Assembly: GCA_001643675.2 (NCBI GenBank)
Contig: LSRY02000050.1
Coordinates: 1 to 64,000 of the forward strand
Reading direction: 5' to 3'
From: Monocercomonoides exilis PA203
Taxonomy: Eukaryota; Protista; Preaxostyla
DNA length: 64,000 nt
The notes under the pieces are model-generated. The model was not told where the DNA came from, did not search any database, and worked only from the letters and a program-made list of their open reading frames with translations. How positions within the stretch are numbered: the first letter of the stretch is position 1; each line of letters begins with the position of its first letter. Shown one piece after another: positions 51,784 to 63,175 of the stretch. Both the position numbers and the translations under genes were made by a program.

Positions 51784-52363
51784 TGCTGATAGCGAAGCAC
51801 TGATCGCATCAAGCATCATTATTATTATTATTATCGCGTCACTCACTCACTCCCTCCTTCGAAATGTCTCGAATAAAGCTTGCTCTTCAGATGTGCCAGC
51901 TTCAATCAACTTTCTTCCTCATTCAACGTGCAATTCATTCAAGAACTCTTTCATCGTCTGCTCTTATGCCATCTCCTTCTCTTGTCTCTCTCCATTCGCG
52001 CTCCTCTTCCATCCAGCCACCTCTGCCTCGTCCTCTCCAAAAGGGATCTTCAGTTTCAGTCACTTCCACAGCACCATCCCAATTGAGAATGGAGCTGATT
52101 CTTTTGCTGCTTCCTTGTTCTTGTTCATCTGCTGTTCTGATTGTCTTCATCCTCAAACACTCCTTCCTGTTCTCATCTTCATCCTCAAAGGCCGATGGAG
52201 GAAGAGGATATTTTGTGAACATCTTGCTCTTCACAGAAATATTGGAGGAAGATTCAATCAGCTGTGGAAGTCAAAGAGAAGAAAGAAGCATCTGAATCAT
52301 CTGATGAGCAGTCAGAAGAAAAGGGAATGATAACAAGCCATATGCCAAGAGAATTCATAAGAT

Positions 52364-53060
52364 TTGTGGAATCAGATTCCTCAAAAGAGGGGGAAGGCTG
52401 TCTTCCTCATCCTCAAAGGCATGAAGAGCCTCATTCACCACACGGAACATGGTCTGGATGGCAGAATGCTCTTCATTTGTTCGTTCTTTCAATCATCACA
52501 AATATTGATGGAAAGGAGAATATGCTGTCTTTTCATTGAAAATAGACAAATCGGATTCAATTTATTTTATGAATGGCATGCATTCAAACAGAAGAACAGT
52601 GAAAGAGCGTTTGAAGTGAAAGTATCAGATGATAGAGATTCCAAAATAATGGAAAGAATTAATAGAAAGAAAGAAAGAAAGAAAAAGGAAGAGCGATATC
52701 GATCTGAGGAACTAGGAATCTGCGCAGCTGTATGGAAAGGAAAGAAAAAAGGAATATTGCCAGAATCCGTCAAAGTGGGAACAAATTGGCAATGTGCTAT
52801 GATATTTAATGGTTCGGATGGAATTTTGCCATTTTTCCGGGCAGTATCAGGATTGATGCGCCGTTCGTTAGTAAGCTCTTACAGCTGAATTTCTCTATTT
52901 TGTGCGCTGTTGAGGGAATCTTTCTGGAGACAGCTGCTTTATATTTGGCATGTTGCATGAGGACAGATATCGGAGAGGAAGGCATAAGTGATGAAAATAT
53001 AGTTGGAGCGAAAAGGTTTGATCAAAGTGAATTTTGGAGGCCGCAGCAGAAGATGCAAAC
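52364..53060 (+). pseudogene. Degraded RT remnant, possibly DIRS-like
   Basis: KAVFLILKG (F.IPK motif), WQCAMIFNG..ILPFFR (MPFG..P..F region) and QSEFWR-like (..EFLG) appear in RT order. Weak. Confidence 0.3.
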
Positions 53061-54228
53061 AAACAGGAGAAGAGAGTGAAGAAGACAGAGAAAAAGAGGC
53101 AACAAGTGAGAGAGAAAATGGAAAGAAGGTGGGGAAAAGAGTAAGGGTGATGCATGAGAATAAGGAATGAAAAAGGAGGGAGAGAAAGAGGAAAGGTGGA
53201 ATGGAATGAATAGAAAATGCCATTTCAGGAAGGAGACTGATGTTGGAGCAGCTGACACGATTTGGCAGAAAAGCGAAGAAGAGGAAAGAGGGAAAGGGAA
53301 AAAGGAATGAAGCAGAAAAAGGATCAGCAATCAACAGGGGTCTTTATTTGCTAAAAGGAGAATGAAGTGAGGAGCAGAGGGAAGCTCTGTTTCAAAGAGA
53401 GCATCACTCAGAAATCCATCTTGTCTTCCATTCCTTCCTCCACCTCATTTCAGCTGCTTTCTTGTAATTTTTTTTTTTCATTTCCTGAAGAAACTGCTTT
53501 TGCAGCATCAAACTTGGGGGATGAGCTTCCTCTTTGAAATAAAATAAAAAAAAGATTTGTTTTGTTTTTTATGTTTTTATTCTTGTTCATCGGCACACAT
53601 TCCTGTGCTCCAAACAAAGTGAGCTGCGAAACAAAGCATCCAAGTCATTTCACTTTGATTGATGTGCCAGTCAAATAATTGAAAAATGAAAAAAAAAAAA
53701 AAAAAAAAATAAGTTAAATATATCCAATCCGGCAGAGGAAGGAGGACTTTGCGACTTTCCTGCTGATGCAAAGTGCTTTCTCCTGAGCAACTCAAAAGCG
53801 AATAGTGAAAATCAAAAAACAACGGAATAAATGAACAAATGAACAAAAATAAAAATATAAATATAAATATAAGCAATGACAAAAGTTATAACTACAAAAA
53901 ATAAAATCATCATTGGAAAGATCGAGTTAAACTACCCTTCAAAATACACAAATCAAAAATACAATAAAACGTCTAATAATCTTTAACCATCACAAATATC
54001 AAATATCAAAAGCCTTTCTCTCCTCTTCCCCTTCTTCTCCTCCACCCTCAAACTCATCCCAAGGCTTTTTTTTGTAAATAGTGAATGGTGAGTGATGTAT
54101 AGTGAATAGTGAATAGTGAACAGAGAATAGTGAGCATATACAATTAAAGCACATATATACATACGAATATGTATTTTCTTTCACCATCAGCAACTATATT
54201 GTGAACGGTTAATTATACAAAGTACAAA

Positions 54229-54292
54229 ATACAAAATGCAAAATGCAAAATGCAAAATGCTAAATGCAAAATGCACAATGCAAAATGCAAAA
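54229..54292. repeat. (TGCAAAA)n heptamer repeat
   Basis: AAATGCA units repeated about 8 times. Confidence 0.85.
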
Positions 54293-54463
54293 ATAAAAAT
54301 ATCAATAAAAATTTAAGAATATTACCCCTCTCCTCCTTTTTCCTTTTTTCCCTTTCTTTTTTTCTTCTTCATTTCCTCCTCTCCTCCTCTCCTCCTCTCC
54401 TCCTTTTTTCCATTTCTTCTTTCTCCCCTCCCCTCCTTCTCCGCTTCTCTGATGCCATCTCTC

Positions 54464-57400
54464 TTACATATTGCTACTCATCTCCTGTTCCTTGTCTCTT
54501 CCAACACCATCCGAGTTGTGCTTCGATCTTCTCTTCTTCACAACCACCACCACCACCACAATCACTATCACAACCACTGCTATCACAAACACAATCGGCA
54601 CCACAACCGCCACAGCAATCACTCCTGTGTTTGTCTTCCGTTCGTCTTTCTTCTCTGGTTCAGGTTCTGGCACTGGTTCAGGCTCTGGCTCCTTCTTTTC
54701 CTTCAGATACTTCTCATACACATCCACTGGCTCAGCATTCTCATCTGCTGCTCCAACAACCCACCCTGCTTTCCCTTCATCGTAGCTCTTTGCAAACTCA
54801 AATGCATTATCCTGCTTGCTGAATGAGTCAAAATCTGGAGCCACAATGCACAACGACGCTCCTGATGTTCCTTTCCCGCTGTTCGTCCCATCAATCTCCA
54901 GTTTGTTCTCTCCTGGAAGCTCAAGATTCCCACTCACATGCTCCATCTCAATATATATCGCTCCCGACTTTCCATTTTCTGCCTTGCACTCCTTGAATGT
55001 GCATGCCTTTTTCCTTCCCATCTTCACCTTCGAATTCTCCTCTCCCAGCGATATCTCCACCCCTGCTGCATTCCCACTCTTCGACTTCACCTCTTCCATC
55101 TTCAGCCCTTCAACAACCACAATCGTCCCTTTTGTCTCTTCTGTCCCTTCTGTCCCTTCATTCTTTTTGTTCTCTTTTCCCTCTCCTTTAATTCCATTCT
55201 TGATGCTCATTGCTGCTCCCTCTTCCACTTCCACCTTCTTCACTTCCACATCCTCAATCACAACTTTCTTTGCTCCTTCAACCAAAAATGGTATCACTGA
55301 AAATTTCACTTCGTCATCCGAAGTGCATTCAACCTGATTCATTGTCAATGAACCTGCACTCACTTTCACAAGATGAATTCCAATTTCTCCCTCTGTCGGT
55401 CGAGCAAACTCACAGTTGTCAATTGAAAGTGATGTTGACTCTGCAGCCGCGTGTATAAGCGCTGATGGATCTATGTTTGCCTTCAATCCTTCTGTTTCTT
55501 CACTTAATGTTGTTGGGAAGTCAAATATCAAGTATCTAAATGAAACTTCTTTCTTGCATGTGAAAAGATCATTATTTGATTTCGCATCGCAACCAATCTT
55601 AACTTTTTCATTTGCATCCGCTGAACTTCCAACTCCCTCGATCATAATAGGCGATTCTTTCTCAAACGTAATTGCTTTGACCTCCAATGCATTGCTATCT
55701 TTGATAACTTTTATTTGAAATCCTCCTGAATTTGTTCCCTCTTTCAACAAATTGTATGCTTCGCTTATCGAGCCAGCTGGTTTTCCATATTCCGTCCCCA
55801 AACCATTTCCTCCTTTTTTTGCATACGCAATGTCGTATAAATCAATAAACTTCGTCACAAAGTCAACATCACTGTTACCATCTTTTTTCGCAGCAATAAA
55901 CCATTTGTTTGATTCTATTTTGTAATCTGCTGCAAAACTTTTCTTCATCGCTGCTGCGATCTCCTCATGAAGTCCAACTGGTACATCCAGATACAACCCA
56001 GTATTCTTGATTGAATTCGAAGTTTCTTCTGCTTCTCCCGCTGTGCATTTAGAAAATACCAAATTTTCTTTTGTTGATGGCCAACTTAATTTGGAAGCTG
56101 TAATTTTGTCCATTTTCAGATAGATTCCTCCTGATTTTCCATTTTCGCAAGTGCAATTTTCAAACTTTGTTTCACCTTTATCCACAATAGTGAATGAACT
56201 TTCAGCATTTTCGCTTTCAACATAAAGTGCTCCACTTGTAGCTGTTGCTGTTTCTATATCGCCAGAAACACATTCTGTAAATGTGCAGCTGTCCAACGAA
56301 ACCTCAATTTTGTTTGTACTTGTGATTTTCATTACGGCACTTGAACTTGATGCAATCTTCTTTAAATTTAATGATGTCAATGAAACTTTTGAAGCAGTTC
56401 CCTCAACCAAAAACGGTGTTGCTGCGAATGAAATTGCACTTTCGCCTCCCTCGCATTTGACTCCTGTCATCGTCAATGAGCCTGCACTCACTTTCACAAG
56501 ATGAATTCCAACTGTTTCTTCATCGGCATTTGATAGCATCACAGTTGGAGGAGCAACTGCTGTTGTCCGAACAAATCTGCAGTTCACAATGCTCAATTCT
56601 GCGCCTTCACCTTCAGTAGTTATCAATGCAAATGGTCCTGTTGCTGTCTCTGGATTGTCATCATTCTGAACTTGTTCTGGTTCAGTAGGCTGAGAAGTTT
56701 GATCCAACGAAATTGGGAAATTGAATGCCAGACTCCTGAACTCAACTTTCTTCTTGCATGTGAATAAGTCGCTTCCTGTTTTAGCATCGCAATCAATCTC
56801 CACTTCTGTCTCAATCACTTTGGCTTCTCCATTTTCTTCATCATTTTCACCCAGTCTAACTCCCATAATCGTTATTCCTGATGCTTTGTCAAATGTAATT
56901 GCTTCAGCTTTAAGAGCATCAGTTTCAGTTTCAGCTTTGATAACTTTTATTGTGAGCCCACCTTCATTTGTTCCTGCAAGCAATTCATACGCTCCTTGTA
57001 AACTTCCAATAGGCCCATCTTGAGAAACTCCTTCTCCTGTCCCTTCCCTCTTCACAAATACCTCTGTCGGTTGATCAAAATATTTTAACGTGAAGTCAAC
57101 ATCTTTGCCCTCACTTTCATTAGCAGCTACAAACCATCTATTATCATTAAGTGTGTAATCTGCCGCAAAACTGCTTTTCATCGCTTCAGCAATGGTTTTA
57201 TGAAGTTCGGCATTCACTTCTAGATACAATCCGGTGTGTCTACTTGAGGTTGCTGTGCACTCGGAAAATGTCAAGTTGGTTCCTTTTGTCGGCCAACTTA
57301 ATTTGGAAGCTTCTGTTATTCCCGTCATTTTCAGATAGATTCCTCCTGATTTTCCATTTTCGCAAGTGCAATTTTCAAACTTTGTTTCACCATTATCTCC

Positions 57401-58300
57401 AATAGTGAATGAACTTTCAGCATTTTCGCTCTCAACATAAAGCGCTCCACTTGTTTCATCGTTTGAATTGCATTCTGTGAATGTGCAGCCATCCAATGTC
57501 ACTGAAATAGCTGTGTCTTTTTTACCGACAATTTTCACCACAGCGCTTGTGGTTGAGGTAATCTTGCTCAATGTCAATAATGTCAATGAAACTTTTGATG
57601 CTTCTTCGAACAAAAATGGCGTTACTGTGAATGAAACCGCATTGCCTTCGTCCGTACACTCAACTTCTTTCATTGTCAATGAACCAGCGCTCACTTTCAT
57701 AAGATGGATTCCAATATTACCCTCAGAGCCAGGTCGCTTAAACACGCAGGTCTCTATTGTTAATGATTCTGATCCTGATCCTGCTTCATCTCCTGATTCT
57801 GGCTCTTCTTCATTTTCTGTTCCTGCAACAGCGTGAATCAGCGCGAATGGGCCCACATTTATATTAGATTCATCTGCATCTTGTTCTGGTGTTGCTGTGA
57901 TATCAAAAATTAAATATTTGAACGAAACTTTATTCTTGCACGTGAATAAATCGCTTCCTGTTATTGCATCGCAATCAATCTCAACTTTCCCATTTGTTCC
58001 TTCTGCCTCTGTAATACCTTCAATCGTGATTCCAGACGTTTTATCAAATGAAATTGCATCTGGTTTCAGAGCTGCGGTTCCTTCATCTGCTTTAATAACT
58101 TTTATTGTGAGTTCACCTTCTTCTGCTTCAGCAAGCAACTCATACGCTTCTGATAAAGAATTCTTCGGATTATCAAATGAGGTTCCATTTCCATCAGTTG
58201 TCCCGCTTTTGACATATACAGTTGTCTCCGTATTCGCTAGATCAGTTGCTTGAGAAAAAACAGAAAATGCAACAAATATCGCTGAAATAATTCCTGTCAT
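54464..58300 (-). CDS. Large (~1278 aa) intronless type-I membrane surface protein with three internal ~400-aa repeats, likely parallel beta-helix
   Basis: N-terminal signal peptide (MTGIISAIFVAFSVFSQA). Three repeats begin VYVKSG / VFVKREG / AYAKKGG and share IDCDA..GSDLFTCK, IHL(V/M)KVSAGSLTM and ENGKSG. These are followed by a PEPEP linker, a Val-rich TM helix, KKRR and a short tail. Confidence 0.9.
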   Translation of the reverse strand: MTGIISAIFVAFSVFSQATDLANTETTVYVKSGTTDGNGTSFDNPKNSLSEAYELLAEAEEGELTIKVIKADEGTAALKPDAISFDKTSGITIEGITEAEGTNGKVEIDCDAITGSDLFTCKNKVSFKYLIFDITATPEQDADESNINVGPFALIHAVAGTENEEEPESGDEAGSGSESLTIETCVFKRPGSEGNIGIHLMKVSAGSLTMKEVECTDEGNAVSFTVTPFLFEEASKVSLTLLTLSKITSTTSAVVKIVGKKDTAISVTLDGCTFTECNSNDETSGALYVESENAESSFTIGDNGETKFENCTCENGKSGGIYLKMTGITEASKLSWPTKGTNLTFSECTATSSRHTGLYLEVNAELHKTIAEAMKSSFAADYTLNDNRWFVAANESEGKDVDFTLKYFDQPTEVFVKREGTGEGVSQDGPIGSLQGAYELLAGTNEGGLTIKVIKAETETDALKAEAITFDKASGITIMGVRLGENDEENGEAKVIETEVEIDCDAKTGSDLFTCKKKVEFRSLAFNFPISLDQTSQPTEPEQVQNDDNPETATGPFALITTEGEGAELSIVNCRFVRTTAVAPPTVMLSNADEETVGIHLVKVSAGSLTMTGVKCEGGESAISFAATPFLVEGTASKVSLTSLNLKKIASSSSAVMKITSTNKIEVSLDSCTFTECVSGDIETATATSGALYVESENAESSFTIVDKGETKFENCTCENGKSGGIYLKMDKITASKLSWPSTKENLVFSKCTAGEAEETSNSIKNTGLYLDVPVGLHEEIAAAMKKSFAADYKIESNKWFIAAKKDGNSDVDFVTKFIDLYDIAYAKKGGNGLGTEYGKPAGSISEAYNLLKEGTNSGGFQIKVIKDSNALEVKAITFEKESPIMIEGVGSSADANEKVKIGCDAKSNNDLFTCKKEVSFRYLIFDFPTTLSEETEGLKANIDPSALIHAAAESTSLSIDNCEFARPTEGEIGIHLVKVSAGSLTMNQVECTSDDEVKFSVIPFLVEGAKKVVIEDVEVKKVEVEEGAAMSIKNGIKGEGKENKKNEGTEGTEETKGTIVVVEGLKMEEVKSKSGNAAGVEISLGEENSKVKMGRKKACTFKECKAENGKSGAIYIEMEHVSGNLELPGENKLEIDGTNSGKGTSGASLCIVAPDFDSFSKQDNAFEFAKSYDEGKAGWVVGAADENAEPVDVYEKYLKEKKEPEPEPVPEPEPEKKDERKTNTGVIAVAVVVPIVFVIAVVVIVIVVVVVVVKKRRSKHNSDGVGRDKEQEMSSNM

Positions 58301-59049
58301 CAAAACCGATTTATCACTCTTTAAAAAAGTAATATGATCAATTTACGTATACAATTTATTATGAATGGTTCACATTAAGGTTCAAAATTTTCGTAATCAA
58401 TATGAATACAATTTCAGACTGCAAATGCATCAAGGTATGCCAATACAGTGTCCGGAGGAGAACGGAATAACTCGGAATAATCGTGTTCCATAAAAAAGTA
58501 TTGCAAGAAATGTTTTATCGGCTGGGGGACTGATGCTGCATTTTCGCAAGCTAATTTAGGGCAAGCACGCAAATGGAGTGTATTTTATTGCTGATGGGCG
58601 GAGGGATAATTTTTTGGAGAATGAAATGTTCTCGAAGGAGGAGATGAAAAATCAATATTTTTGTGGTATCTTTTTTGATGGATTTTTGTGTGGAATTTTC
58701 TGGATGTGGCTGCTTGCCTGTACCAGTGGAGCTTGAGGAATGTGTTGTTTCTTTCTCGGGAGCTTTCAGAAGGTGTGTTTTGAGTTGTTTGGGTTTGACA
58801 TATTTTTTTTTTGAATTATTTTATTTTTCAGAGGAAATCGTAGAAGTTTATTTTTTTGCTTATATGGCCATTTCTGAGAGTGACAAAGCCCGGAGCAGAA
58901 GATGGCTGGAAATGGCAGGTGGAATGGAAGAGAAGGGCTTGAATGGATTATTCTCAATTGTTTGTGGTGGTTCTGTGGCTGCTGCTTCTGCTGCTGAAAA
59001 AGCCGGCGGTCGTTGGGAAAGATCCTTTTATAGTCCTGTTGCAGCAGGA

Positions 59050-59620
59050 GCATTTTTTGCCGAGATGCTGAAAGAAATTATCTTATTGGTGCTGGATTTG
59101 AAGCAAATTTGGGAAGAAGATTGGCTCGAAAAAGCCTTTAAAACGAAAGAGGAAAGGCTGAACAGACCCTTTGTTTGTTGACTGAACGATGCGAATGCTA
59201 TGTGTCATCAGATGCAAATTTGCACATTCCATCAGCAGAAGAACTGTTATTTTGAGTATTTCGATATTTGAGAATTGCTTGGAAGAAAGAGGAGAATGAG
59301 GAAACTCAAATGGAAACAGAAATGTCTTTTCTGTGCTTGAGTGAAACAAAAAGAATAACGGTATGAACTTGTTTCTTTTTTGAATTTTTGATTTTGAAAA
59401 TTATCTTTATTTTAATCAGGATTAAGTCAAAAGAAGTTGGTAAAAAGGATGTTACAGAAACAATAAAAAGCCTTCAAGAACATCTGTATTTGAGACATCT
59501 TGTTTGACAGTTGGACGCAAGAGAGTTGGAAGAGCAATCAATATGAGTGGAGTGGAATTGGAAAAAAGTGGAATGAATATTATAATCATTAAAATCTCGT
59601 GGAATACTTGGAGCTTTTTC
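59050..59620 (+). pseudogene. Highly degraded fourth copy of the helical family
   Basis: Remnants TERCECY and EMSFLCLS, an intron-like GTATG..CAG, and ARELEE..W..KK in the family order. Confidence 0.45.
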
Positions 59621-59990
59621 AATTGACAATTTTGATGAAGTTGAATTCAAGCAGTTTGCTGAATGGGTGGCTCGAGGGCTGTTGAATGTTGTGGAGCTGC
59701 TTGGGAAAGTTTGATTGGATCTCTCGTTTCGCAGGAAGCCAACCATTGTTGTGAAATGTCATTTGAATTGTAGCTTTTCGGGGTTGCGGTTCTTTTCTAA
59801 GTTCCAAAGAGATTGAAAGAATGCTCATTCTGTTTTGATGGCAGGGCAAGTGGTCAGTTTTGGATTGAAAGAATTTTGTGTTTGAGGAAATTGGACAAGA
59901 TGGATTCACAGCAATTGTTTGAGTTGTTTTGAAGCATGACTTGTTGATTGAAAATGTGATGGTTTTTTGTTTCTTTTTTATTATTTTCAC
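59619..59990 (-). pseudogene. RT C-terminal remnant, possibly DIRS-like
   Basis: TFSINKSCFKTTQTI resembles the IN.EKS...PTQ.I.FLG motif of DIRS RTs. Confidence 0.3.
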
Positions 59991-60718
59991 ATTTCGTTCA
60001 ATTAATAAGAATGCAAGAAATGGAATACAATTGAAAATGGATTATTTTTCTTTTCTGATTAAAATAATTGAATTATTGTAAGATGGAGTTGGAATAGAAT
60101 TATTTAATTCCAATGAAAACAGCAAGATAAAATTTACAATGTTTATTCGAATTAAATATATGAAATTAGAATAAAAAAGTCAATTGGAATAATGTTAGTC
60201 TTTTCCGAATAACTTTTAACAAATTATTTATTTCTTATGATATTTGAAATCTTTTCAATGATTCCTTCCACAAAAATCATTTGTAAATGAATTTGTTATG
60301 AGAAAATAAATATCAAATGCTTATTTGAATGAAAAGTTTGACTACAAAACAACTTGGAAAAAAAAAAAACAAACAATAAAAGATGGTGTTTTCTCTATGG
60401 GTTCTGGCAAATCGCCTTATCCAACATAACCTTATTTTACACAATCGAAACAGATCAACAATTCACCAAATAGCATTATTGGATGAAATTTGAATACACT
60501 TCTTCAATTGAAATAAACCTATTTAATTCAAATAATATTCGTTTATTTCAAATTAAGATTGCTTTTGCAAATAAACACAGAAATCCAGCAGAAAATCTAA
60601 TCTGAAATATCACACTTGCTTTGCATAATGATTCTTGAAGCAAAAATGTGATATTAGAAAGCGATTTAATAAGGGAACTGAACAAAAAAATTATCTAAAT
60701 TTGTTAGTATAAATTTTT

Positions 60719-60907
60719 TTGTTTAATTTTCAGACAAAGAAAATATTTCATATTTCGATAAAATTTCTGTTCCCGCTCATGAAACTTTTCTTGAATGGAA
60801 ATTATAACATTGTCGAAATTTTGTTTTCATAACAGTAAAATTTGTTGACTGGGAACAGAAATGTAATCGAAATAGGAAATTTTTTTCTTTATTTGAAAAT
60901 TAAACAA
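60719..60907. mobile_element. Foldback / MITE-like element with ~56-bp imperfect inverted arms
   Basis: TTGTTTAATTTTCAGACAAAGAAAATATTTCATATTTCGATAAAATTTCTGTTCCC (60719-60774) pairs with GGGAACAGAAATGTAATCGAAATAGGAAATTTTTTTCTTTATTTGAAAATTAAACAA (60851-60907). Confidence 0.75.
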
Positions 60908-62335
60908 TAGGAACTTTTCAAAAAAATTTTGATATGTGATCAAAATATATTTTACAGAATTTCTTAGAACAAAGCGTATTTCAAATAATGTTTCGAAAAA
61001 AAAAACTCTGTCTGGGAGTTCCTAAGTTGGCTATCTTTCATTTTCACACATAGACTTTTGGAAAGAAATATTCATGTTTTCGTGTTTGGAAAAAAAAGAC
61101 AGAATCAAAAACAAAACTTTGGACATTTTATGTGCTTCAATCACAAAATAATCGAAAGCACTTTTAATTAAGTGATATTTGCAATTTTTTTAATATTTTT
61201 CGTAAAAATCTGTGCTGAAATTACAACGTTCAATTCACATTGTCAATGCGATACAATAAAAATCAACTGACCTCTTTCAAACGAATCAGGTTTTAATTTA
61301 AGTTTCAATTCATTGTTTCAAAATTTCAATGAGTCTGGAAATTAAAACAATGTGGAAGAACTAATTTTCCAAGTTGACAAAAATCAAAATCTGAAAAAGA
61401 AGAAGATTTTTTTATCGTTTGTAATTACAGACTTTGACACTTTGTATTATTCTCTCAAAAATAAATAAACGCTATTTTCATAGTCAGATTTGAAACAAAA
61501 ATGAACTGGTGTTCTTTGACTTTCAATGGAAAACTCAAAGAATCACATTGAATTAATTGATTTGCAAAAAATTGATGTTTGGGGAAACATTTTTGGAATT
61601 GAAGAAAATAGAGCATACACTTATTCCACTCATATTTCACTTTATATCTTGATTTTTTCAAATCTTTTTCATTCATAAACAGATATATTAGCTTTTGTTC
61701 AGATTCATCTCTTTCGACTATTATCTTTTGCACTTTGCCGATGAAAACGTTTCTAATCTTTCCTGTTATTGTTATTTGCATTCAATTATGATAAAATCTC
61801 GAAGACAAAACTGTAAAGCTCCTGAGATTCATTTAGATATTTTTTTTTGTTACATATTTTGACGCAAACACAAGTTTTATCATGCACACTTTTCATTTTT
61901 GGAATAGTGCACTTGTTTATAAATGATTCCCTTTCCAAGAAATGGATAAAAAAGAGTTTAATAACAATAATTGCTTGGTAAAAAAATTCACTTTTCTATA
62001 TGACATTCTCATAGAAATGCAACAAAAAAAAGTTTCCATGAAACAACATTGCAGTTCTTCCTTCCTCAATTCATCAATAGAATCTCTTCACTCGCTTTCA
62101 AGTATGGCTCTTGATCAATCATCAAATCATTTGATAACTGAAAACAAGAGTTCATTGTAAGTTGCTTCGCTATTTTGTTCATCTTCTTTCAATTGCATTT
62201 GTCAACAAGAGATTATTTCTGAATCATCGGAAGAATGCATTTTCACTTCGAAATTATCTCCTTTTCATCGCTCATAATCGTTATTATTAAACAAAAAAAT
62301 CTTTATCGTCCGAAATCAACAAAAAGTGCAACAAG

Positions 62336-63175
62336 GTGATTGCATATCAAAAAGATACACTTCCAGATCATGAAATTTTACATCAAAAAAGGAAACAGTT
62401 ACTAAAAATATTGAAAAATGCTACGAATAAGATGAGAGCAGTGAAAATAGTTCCGATTCTAACGGATTTATCTTTAAAATGCTTTTTTTTAATCAAAAAA
62501 AAGATTTCTTTCAATTACCACCTGAAAGTCTTATGGAAAAAGGGAATCAAATATTAACTGTTCTTCAAATTGATTTGAAAAGAAGATTGAAAAGAAAAAT
62601 CACAGCTCATGTTGAATTGGAGATATTTTTTGATTTGCTATTAAATAACACGAGTGAGAAAAAAATCACTTTTTTCTTTGGATTTTATCAATCCGTGGTA
62701 TCCAACAGCACAATTGAAACTTATATTCATTTTCTTGATGCTCTAATCAACATGTTTTCAAATTCTCCTCTCCCTCAATCTGTCACAACTGAAGAATTTT
62801 CACACTTTGAGTTGCTTGTAGATGCAACAACGATTAAGGTACCAACTTCACTCAAAAAAATGATAGATGCAAAAAATCTATATGACGGTCAACATTCGGT
62901 ATATTGTATGAAAATTGAAGTTGCTGCTTCTTCTTGGACTCCGTACAAAGCACTTTTTGTAACTTATGCGGTTCCAAACAGAGAGCATGATGTTTCATTA
63001 TTCAGTCTTGGGCTTCGTCGAGATGTGCAATTCTATAAAAAAACTGAAGAGAAAAAACCGTATTCAACAAAAGAAATGAAGAACAACAGATAAAGAATCA
63101 TTGCTGACAAAGGATACGAAGGGCATTTTCCAGATATAAGACATATCACTCCAATAAAAAAGTTCATCAAAGTGT
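62336..63175 (+). mobile_element. PIF/Harbinger/ISL2EU-type (DDE_Tnp_4-like) transposase remnant
   Basis: LLVDATTIKV (first Asp), LYDGQHSVYCMKIEVA and EHDVSLF. After an in-frame TAA at 63091-63093 the frame continues RIIADKGYEG (DxGY). Frameshifted at the 5' side and truncated by low-complexity sequence at ~63180. Confidence 0.75.

Noticed and set aside
54250-58253. Plus-strand ORFs overlapping the large surface-protein gene
   Set aside because: They are antisense shadows of the 1278-aa CDS.
63091-63093. TAA read as Gln (alternative code known in some oxymonads)
   Set aside because: The long genes here (3.8 kb and 1.7 kb) contain no in-frame TAA/TAG and use CAA/CAG for Gln, so this stop is best read as pseudogene decay.
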